From an uncultured Methanosarcinales archaeon (GTDB taxonomy: Archaea; Nanobdellota; Nanobdellia; Woesearchaeales; CAXGTL01), in contig CAZYAB010000007.1 of assembly GCA_964645705.1 (NCBI GenBank), positions 466 to 64,465 on the forward strand: a stretch of DNA of 64,000 bases, given 5' to 3'. The notes beneath the pieces are model-generated. The model was not told the origin of the DNA and ran no database searches. It saw only the letters and a program-made list of their open reading frames with translations. Positions 57,167-64,000 of the stretch are shown here, one piece after another (position 1 is the stretch's first letter; every line of letters begins with the position of its first letter). The position numbers and the translations under genes were made by a program.

Positions 57167-58582
57167 ATGTATGATGAATTTAGGGAACAGATAAAAAAAG
57201 CAAAAGAATTTTTCTACAAATTCGATAAATCAAAACCAATAAGAATAATTTCACACTTAGATGCAGATGGAATTAGTGCAGTTTCTATACTAGTTAAGTT
57301 GTTAAACCTTGAAAATAGGAAATATGTTGTTTCAATTATTCAAACATTGAGCAAAACGTCTATGTCTGAGTTTGCAAATGAAAATTATGAATATTATATT
57401 TTTACTGATCTAGGAAGTGGACAATTAGATCACATAAATTCTTTGTTCAAACAAAAAAAAGTGCTTATCCTTGATCATCACACTCCTAAAAAAATTGAAT
57501 TAGATAATAATATCTTTCATGTTAATCCTCATTTATCTGGTATTAATGGTACTGACGAGATTAGTGGGTCGGGAGTGGTATATTTTTTTGCAAAAGAGTG
57601 TAATGAAAAAGTGAGCGACCTTGCACATGTTGCAATTGTTGGTGCAATAGGTGATCTACAAGAAAACAAAGGATTTAAAAAATTGAATAAAGAAATTTTG
57701 AACACTGCTGTTGAAAATAATTTGATTAAAATTAAAAAAGGTTTGAAATTTTTTGGAGTGAATTCTAAACCTTTGCATAAGATTCTCGAGTATAGTACTG
57801 ATATTTTTATTCCTGGCGTTTCAGGAACAGAGTCTGGAGCTATACAGTTCTTGCAAAACCAAGGAATCAGTCCAAAGAAGGGAAATGAATGGAGAAAGTT
57901 TTCAGATCTTGATGAGAATGAAGTTAGTCGTTTAGTAACTGGCATTGTCATGAGAAGAGCATCTGAAACAAAACCAGAAGACATAATTGGACAACTGTAT
58001 ATTGTTAATACTGATAATAATACAACATTCAAAGATGCGCGCGAGTTTTCAACTTTACTTAATTCGTGCGGCAGAATGAATAAAGCTTCTTTAGGCATAG
58101 GAGTTTGTCTTGGTGATGAAGAAATGATTAAAAAAGCAATAATGAGTCAGCAAGATTATAGAAGAGAATTGATGCAAGCAATTAAATGGTATAATGAAAA
58201 TAAAGATTCTGAATTATTTGTTAAGCAAGGCAAAGGTTTTCTAATAATAAATGCAGGAGAACAAATTAGGCCAGAAATAATAGGCACACTGGCTTCAATT
58301 ATTTCTAGATCAAATGATGTGATGGATAATACTTTTATTATGTCTCTTGCAAGAAAGGATGATGGAACTACAAAAGTGTCTTTAAGAGTTTCTGGTATAA
58401 AAAGAAATCCTAATCTGGATTTAAGAAAGCTTATGAAAGATGTGGTGGATAGAGTTAAAGGTGAAACCGGCGGTCATCAGTTTGCTGCAGGCGCTGTTAT
58501 ACCAACTGATTGTGAAGCAAAATTAATAATTGCTGCAAAGGATTTGTTAAGTCAGTCGTCTATGGTTGAAACCATAATATGA
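57167..58582 (+). CDS. DHH/DHHA1 phosphoesterase (archaeal RecJ-like)
   Basis: SHLDADG, FTDLGSG, ILDHH, GAIGD, LLNSCGR, GGHQFAAG; usual rps15 neighbour. Confidence 0.93.
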   Translation: MYDEFREQIKKAKEFFYKFDKSKPIRIISHLDADGISAVSILVKLLNLENRKYVVSIIQTLSKTSMSEFANENYEYYIFTDLGSGQLDHINSLFKQKKVLILDHHTPKKIELDNNIFHVNPHLSGINGTDEISGSGVVYFFAKECNEKVSDLAHVAIVGAIGDLQENKGFKKLNKEILNTAVENNLIKIKKGLKFFGVNSKPLHKILEYSTDIFIPGVSGTESGAIQFLQNQGISPKKGNEWRKFSDLDENEVSRLVTGIVMRRASETKPEDIIGQLYIVNTDNNTTFKDAREFSTLLNSCGRMNKASLGIGVCLGDEEMIKKAIMSQQDYRRELMQAIKWYNENKDSELFVKQGKGFLIINAGEQIRPEIIGTLASIISRSNDVMDNTFIMSLARKDDGTTKVSLRVSGIKRNPNLDLRKLMKDVVDRVKGETGGHQFAAGAVIPTDCEAKLIIAAKDLLSQSSMVETII

Positions 58583-58758
58583 TTATTGTTGTAATTATTG
58601 TTAAAATTCTTGTTAATTGTTAAGAAAATAAACCGAACAGTTCCCAGAAGAGGAAACCATTCGGCTTAACCTCTTTTGGTATTGTTTCTGGAAGAGATCT
58701 TTGTATTTAAATATTTGGATTATAGAATACTGCTATTAAATAATAAGAAATAGAATAA

Positions 58759-59124
58759 TTATGTAAGAATATATTGTATTAAGTTAAATCCTGAAAAATA
58801 TTTTACAACCCAAACAACTAAATAAATAAAAATAATACTTATAAGAATTGATGCAGAGATTGCTAAAATAAATTTCCAATAAGAAATCTTTCCGCCAACT
58901 GTTTTTGATGATTTCTTTTTAGCTGTTTTCTTTTTAACTTTTTTTTCTTCATCGCCTTCGTCATCTGATTTATCTTTTTTGCTTTTTCCCTGTTTTTTAT
59001 CTTTTCCTTTCTTTCTATTTTTCCACCATTTCTTAATAGTTCCTTTACGAACTAATTGAAATATTACCATAATAAGAGCTAGAACAACGATGCACGATAT
59101 AAATATTATTAAACCTAAATCCAT
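58759..59124 (-). CDS. Small two-TM membrane protein with charged loop
   Basis: Two hydrophobic helices flanking a K/D/E-rich segment. Confidence 0.7.
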   Translation of the reverse strand: MDLGLIIFISCIVVLALIMVIFQLVRKGTIKKWWKNRKKGKDKKQGKSKKDKSDDEGDEEKKVKKKTAKKKSSKTVGGKISYWKFILAISASILISIIFIYLVVWVVKYFSGFNLIQYILT

Positions 59125-59236
59125 ATTTTTGCCTCTAAATTTTAATTTAGAGGTCCACCAGCTTGTTGGTGATACCTCTTTTTTATTTTGTTATTATATA
59201 TTTATACAGAAGTTATATTTAAATGTTGCGGGTTTT

Positions 59237-60448
59237 CTATATCAAAAAATACATGACAACAGGTATTAATAAACATCCCATTGCATGGGACCTGTTCACA
59301 CCAATCAATGGTGGTAGCATGCCTATAACAGTAGCAACAGCCAAAACAAGTATGCCATAAAAACCAGTGAAAAATAATACTAACCCGCCAACCAAACCAA
59401 TTATAGAGTAGCACAAAACCTTGTAATTGATCTTTGGAATTATTTTTGCAAAAACTTTTGTAATTTTTAGAGCCAAGAATGTTGCAATACAGCCTGCTAT
59501 CAATGCACAAACCAGAAAAATAATCATTTCTGTTAATGTAATTGTTTTTACAATCTCCATTACTGCGATTATTGCTCCGTTTCTTGCTTTTTCAAGTGCA
59601 TAAAGTGTGGCAATTGAAAATAAAAAGTTCACTGTATTGATCCCGCCGATCAATATCATGAATGCGTGGTTGCCAATGTTTCCAACAATGTTCATTGCAA
59701 TGATTGCTGCGTGTGCACTGCCTAGTCCCGGTAAAAAACCTGTTAAGATTCCTGAAAAAGTAGCAGCACCTAATGCTTTCCCTGTCTTAACCTTATCAAC
59801 ATGAATTTCTTGTGTTATTTTTTGTTCTGGAACTGTAACATTATTACTTAATGACATTAATAAAGTGCTTATACCAAAAAGGCCTGAAAGCATTGGAAAA
59901 AGTGGTTGCTTTAAATTAGGAAAATTTAGGACAATTAATCCAAGACAGCCAGAAAGCAAGACAATGAATAAGTTCAACATAACTTTTTTTGGTTTTATGT
60001 CTTTGACAATCATAAAGACAATTACAAAAGCCAACATGTAGCCTATGTAAGGAGAAATAAATTCGTAAAGAAAAGGAATAACAGGAATTAACAAAGGAAT
60101 AAGAAGCAAAGTAAGAATCAATGAACATAGACTACCAATGACTGTTAATTTAACAGCTTCATAACCCCTTCCTTCTAATAATAATTTGTGGCCTGGCAAA
60201 ACACCTAATGCAACTGCTGGATCAGGAGCACCTAAAAAAGTTGCAGGTATTGTGTCTAAAAAACTATGAGTGATAGACATTGCAATTATGAATATTGCTA
60301 ATGATATTGGTGATGTGAAGCCTAAGAAATATCCTGATAAATTAATTAGTATGATTGAAATCAAGTTTATGTGAACACCAGGGGTTAAGCCTGTTATAAT
60401 TCCAAAGAAACATCCTATTAATATTGCTAAAATTATTTGTGTGATCAT
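59237..60448 (-). CDS. Tripartite tricarboxylate transporter permease-like (TctA/DUF112) membrane protein
   Basis: GIITGLTPGVHIN, THSFLD.IP..FLGAPD...LGVLPGH...GRG.EA. Confidence 0.88.
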   Translation of the reverse strand: MITQIILAILIGCFFGIITGLTPGVHINLISIILINLSGYFLGFTSPISLAIFIIAMSITHSFLDTIPATFLGAPDPAVALGVLPGHKLLLEGRGYEAVKLTVIGSLCSLILTLLLIPLLIPVIPFLYEFISPYIGYMLAFVIVFMIVKDIKPKKVMLNLFIVLLSGCLGLIVLNFPNLKQPLFPMLSGLFGISTLLMSLSNNVTVPEQKITQEIHVDKVKTGKALGAATFSGILTGFLPGLGSAHAAIIAMNIVGNIGNHAFMILIGGINTVNFLFSIATLYALEKARNGAIIAVMEIVKTITLTEMIIFLVCALIAGCIATFLALKITKVFAKIIPKINYKVLCYSIIGLVGGLVLFFTGFYGILVLAVATVIGMLPPLIGVNRSHAMGCLLIPVVMYFLI

Positions 60449-60713
60449 AGTATTGTTTATATTAAATGGTTTTTAATGATTATTGTGATTAAATAATTAT
60501 TTTATAGAAATATTTCGAAAACAAAAACAAAAAGTTTAAATAATATTTCAACCTACACTTTCTTATATGATAAACAATGTTTTTTTTGGTGATTGTACCT
60601 GGCAATAGAATTCTTTTTTACTTAGATATTAATATATATAGAAACTCGTCTGGATTTTGGCGTTAGTGTTATTTCTAGAAGATTTTTATGAAAACTATGG
60701 AGGTTTGAATAAT

Positions 60714-61364
60714 ATGAAAAAAACATTAATTTTTGATTTAGATGGAACTATATATAATTTTGAAAAAAATAGTTTTGTTGAAACAAGGATGTATTCAGAA
60801 ATAAAAAAAAATTCAATACAATTAATTCAAAGGTTGTTTAATAAAAATGAAAATGATGCTATAAGAATTTTTAATTCAATTACAGAAAAATATGGCACAG
60901 AAATAAGTGTTGGTTTTGAAAAAGAACTAGGAGTAAATAGATTACTTTATTTTAAAAAAACATGTAACATCAAGCCAGAGAAATATATTGAAAAAGATCA
61001 TAGAATATTTGAATTATTAAAACAATTAAAGCGAAGATATAATTTGGTGCTATTAACTGATGCCCCTTTGATCTGGGCTAAAAAAGTGCTAATTTATTTT
61101 AGAATTTATAATTTATTTAAAGGAAATATATTTACAGGAGAAACAAATACAAGAAAATCAAATTACAATGCTTTAGAAAATGTTTGTCTAAAAAAGAGAT
61201 TAAATCCTGAAAATTGTATTTCCATAGGCGATCAAGAAAATACAGATATAACTCCTGCAAAAAGATTGGGCATGAAAACAATCTTTGTAGGATATAAAGA
61301 ATCGAGATATGCAGATTATAGTATTAAATCAATATTAGAAATAAAAAATATATTGGAGGTTTAA
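60714..61364 (+). CDS. HAD family hydrolase
   Basis: IFDLDGTIY, LLTD, IGDQ..TDI.PAK.LGM.TI. Confidence 0.9.
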   Translation: MKKTLIFDLDGTIYNFEKNSFVETRMYSEIKKNSIQLIQRLFNKNENDAIRIFNSITEKYGTEISVGFEKELGVNRLLYFKKTCNIKPEKYIEKDHRIFELLKQLKRRYNLVLLTDAPLIWAKKVLIYFRIYNLFKGNIFTGETNTRKSNYNALENVCLKKRLNPENCISIGDQENTDITPAKRLGMKTIFVGYKESRYADYSIKSILEIKNILEV

Positions 61365-61365
61365 A

Positions 61366-62103
61366 ATGAAATTTATTGGAATGATTCACTTAAAAGCATT
61401 GCCTGGTTATCCTCAACACAAAAGTATGGGTTATGTAATTGAAAATGCTTTGGATGATGCAATTGCATTACAAGAAGGGGGGGCTGATGCTGTTCTTGTA
61501 GAGAACAGCGATGATGATCCACATACCAAAATCGTTGGTCAAGAGATTATAGCAGCTTTTACATTAGTAATTGAAAAGATTAAAGAAAGAATAAACTTAC
61601 CAATAGGTATTTGTGTTTTATGGAATGATTATAAAGCCGCACTTGCTATTGCAAAAGTAACTAATTGTAATTTTATAAGGGTGCCTGTGTTTACTGAAGC
61701 AGTTGTGACTGCGTCAGGGATTATTGAAGCTAATCCTTATGATGTAATTAGTTATAGAGATAAAATAAAAGCAAATAGTGTTAAGATAATGGCTGATGTT
61801 CAAGTTAAGCATGCAAAAATGCTTGCTCAAAGAGACATTATACAAAGTGCAAAAGAAGTTATACACTTCGGTGCCGACGAAATTATTGTTACTGGAAAAT
61901 TTACAGGCGATGCTCCTAATTTGGAAGAATTAAAAAAAATAAGAGAAGAATGTCCTAATGCTATAATTGTAATTGGAAGCGGAACAACATCAGGTAATTT
62001 TCATAAACTATTCCAATATGCTAATAAGTTTATTATTGGGACTTCTATAAAGACCAATGGTAAGGTTGATGTTGGCAAAGTTAAGGGGTTTGCAAATGTA
62101 TGA
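61366..62103 (+). CDS. BtpA/SgcQ family protein
   Basis: IGMIHL.ALPGYP, GGADAVLVEN..D.P, ADV.VKHA, IVTG..TG, IGSG. Confidence 0.9.
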   Translation: MKFIGMIHLKALPGYPQHKSMGYVIENALDDAIALQEGGADAVLVENSDDDPHTKIVGQEIIAAFTLVIEKIKERINLPIGICVLWNDYKAALAIAKVTNCNFIRVPVFTEAVVTASGIIEANPYDVISYRDKIKANSVKIMADVQVKHAKMLAQRDIIQSAKEVIHFGADEIIVTGKFTGDAPNLEELKKIREECPNAIIVIGSGTTSGNFHKLFQYANKFIIGTSIKTNGKVDVGKVKGFANV

Positions 62104-62503
62104 AATATTATTTATTTGTTCAGCAAATGTTGGTAGAAGTCAGATAGCAGAAGGGTTTTATAATTATTATAGTGGTGGAAAAAAATCTATAAGTGCTGCA
62201 GCAATTGAGGATAAAAGAGAAAAATATAACAATAGGCCACACCCAGACATAATTAAAGTTATGAGAGAAAAAGGAATAGATATTTCAAATCAAAAAATTA
62301 AATTGGTTAATCATCAGATAATTAAAAATGCTAAAAGAATTATTGTACTTTGTGATATAAAAAAATGTCCTATGTTTTTAAAAAAAAATAAAAAAATTCA
62401 AATAGTATTCTTTGAAGATCCGTATTCTTCAAATAACCAAATATTGCAATTTAGAGAAACAAGAAACTTGATTGAAAAATTAGTGTTGCAACTCGTAAAT
62501 TAA
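62096..62503 (+). CDS. Low-molecular-weight phosphatase/ArsC family protein
   Basis: ILFICSANVGRSQIAEG, DP. Confidence 0.88.
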   Translation: MYEILFICSANVGRSQIAEGFYNYYSGGKKSISAAAIEDKREKYNNRPHPDIIKVMREKGIDISNQKIKLVNHQIIKNAKRIIVLCDIKKCPMFLKKNKKIQIVFFEDPYSSNNQILQFRETRNLIEKLVLQLVN

Positions 62504-62533
62504 TTAAGGATTATCAAATAAAGGTGTTCAAAC

Positions 62534-63244
62534 TTGGAAAAAATAAATAAAATAGGAGTTTTAGGAGGAATTGGACCAGAAGCCACAGGAGAATTTTATC
62601 TTAAATTAATTCACAAATTACAATCTGTCAATTTGATTAAAAATAATATGGATTTTCCACAAATTGCTATTAATAGTATCAATGCTCCTGAGCTAATATT
62701 TAATAATATTAGTGATGACAAACTAATACCTTATATTAATGGTTTAAAAGAATTAGAAAAGTTTGGTGTTGATTTTATTATAATGGTTTGTAATACAATT
62801 CATTTATATTATGAATGTTTACAAAGTAAAATTAGTTGTGACATTATTGACATAAGATCCGAGTTAAAGAATAAATTGATTAAAAATAATAAAAAAAAGA
62901 TTACAATTATTGGTACTCCGTCAACAATAAACAAAGGTTTGTATTATTTTGATGAATTTGAATATTTGAATCCTAATAGAGAGGAGATTAAAGCATTAAG
63001 TAATGCAATATTTGAATTTAATAAAGGAGTGAATAAAGGAAAGCAAATTAGGATTTGTGAAAATATTTGCAAGAAATATTTAAAATTGGGTTCTGATGTC
63101 ATTGTATTGGCTTGTACAGAATTTGGAGTTATGTTGGGCGGTTGTAATTTTCCTTTAATAAATACAATTGATGTTATGGTTGATTCTGTTATTGAAAGGT
63201 TCATAGATTTAAGGAATAATCTATTTGTTATAGAAAAAAAATGA
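62534..63244 (+). CDS. Aspartate/glutamate racemase family protein
   Basis: IGVLGGIGPEAT..FY, CNT.H, LACTE catalytic Cys pair. Confidence 0.9.
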   Translation: MEKINKIGVLGGIGPEATGEFYLKLIHKLQSVNLIKNNMDFPQIAINSINAPELIFNNISDDKLIPYINGLKELEKFGVDFIIMVCNTIHLYYECLQSKISCDIIDIRSELKNKLIKNNKKKITIIGTPSTINKGLYYFDEFEYLNPNREEIKALSNAIFEFNKGVNKGKQIRICENICKKYLKLGSDVIVLACTEFGVMLGGCNFPLINTIDVMVDSVIERFIDLRNNLFVIEKK

Positions 63245-63269
63245 AAAAACCATGCTAAACAAGATCACA

Positions 63270-64000
63270 TTAGATTCGAACTATTGGTAACTGCGGGCTG
63301 AATATCTCGCCGAAGCTTGATACTTACACCCCAGTCCCATCAACCTCCTGTTTTAAGAGTATTCTACGGTGTCTCTTTTCAAGAAGGGCTTCGTGCTTAG
63401 ATGCATTCAGCACTTATCCTTTAGCGCGTAGCTGCTTGGCATACCTTATCAGATAACCAATAGACCAGCGGCGCCGAGAGCCAGTTCCTCTCGTACTATG
63501 GCTCCCTTTCTTTCAGACACCAAACATCTCCAGTAGATAATAAACAAACTGTCTCACAACGTTCTGAACCCAGCTCACGTTCCCTTTTGATGGGTGAACA
63601 CCCCCACCCTTGGGCGCCTGTGCACGCCCAGGTTAGGAAGAGCCGACATCGGTGAAGCAAGCCGCGCCGTCGATTTACTCTTAACTCTAAGTCATAACTA
63701 ACGCAGGAAGTTTTAACAAACCAACTGATATAAAGTTATTTGTCGCTTAGAGCTAATAGGAGCTCTCGGGCGCGACAACTCTATTATCCCCGGAGTAACT
63801 TTTCAGTCATCTCAGACTCCCATTAAAGAAGTACTGAGGTTCGCTAGACCAAACTTTCGTTTTTGAAATTCGTATTATTGGGATTCCAATCAGGCTAACT
63901 TTTGCTCTTGCACTCTACATCGGATTTCTGACCCGATTGAGTTAACCTTTGGGCCCTGCTGATAAATTTTCAGCAGGATGCCACCCCAGCTAAACTGTCT
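63270..64000 (-). rRNA. rrl: 23S rRNA, 3' portion (domains V-VI), runs off window; 3' end approximate
   Basis: Reverse complement contains GAUGUCGGCUC, GUGAGCUGGGUUCAGAAC, sarcin-ricin loop AGUACGAGAGGAAC and GCAUCUAAGCACGAAGC. Confidence 0.97.
63675..63757 (-). other. 83-nt BHB intron in 23S rRNA helix 89
   Basis: Interrupts GAGCUCCU|AUCGAC; BHB GCUC/GAGU with CUA and AAA bulges; 11-bp stem UUAGCUCUAAG/CUUAGAGUUAA. Confidence 0.88.

Noticed and set aside
1062-63204. Numerous short antisense or alternative-frame ORFs in the track (e.g. 1062-1472, 11683-12036, 20322-20675, 27498-28130, 57529-58098)
   Set aside because: They lie within well-supported genes on the other strand or frame and read as shadow translations with no motifs.
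63675-63757. Group I intron or homing endonuclease in 23S
   Set aside because: Too short, no P/Q/R/S core and no ORF; the junctions fit a BHB intron.

Overview
AT-rich archaeal chromosomal DNA, most consistent with a DPANN lineage (Woesearchaeota-like). This is inferred from a form III RuBisCO next to a PRPP synthetase, archaeal TATA/leaderless promoters, Trm1, Taw3, rps15-RecJ and bulge-helix-bulge (BHB) introns. The left half holds a ~25 kb minus-strand type IV pilus/Tad-like operon. It encodes an ATPase, two T2SS-F proteins and class III signal proteins, and encloses a collagen/MAM fibre protein, a beta-propeller protein and a 4018-aa Cys/Asp-rich giant. The right half is mostly housekeeping, detoxification and regulatory genes and ends in the 3' part of the 23S rRNA. 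The most unusual signals are non-coding. (1) Two dispersed, covarying copies of an unrecognised ~100-113 nt structured RNA motif. (2) A two-intron tRNA-Thr with an A34 (AGU) anticodon. (3) A two-intron tRNA-Val with a duplicated 3' end. (4) An 83-nt BHB intron in 23S helix 89. (5) A C/D box sRNA whose guides match the 23S peptidyl-transferase region in this same window. Also notable: the giant protein ends in a pilin-like C-terminal tail that the short upstream pilin-like gene lacks. All calls come from motif reading only; no database searches were run.
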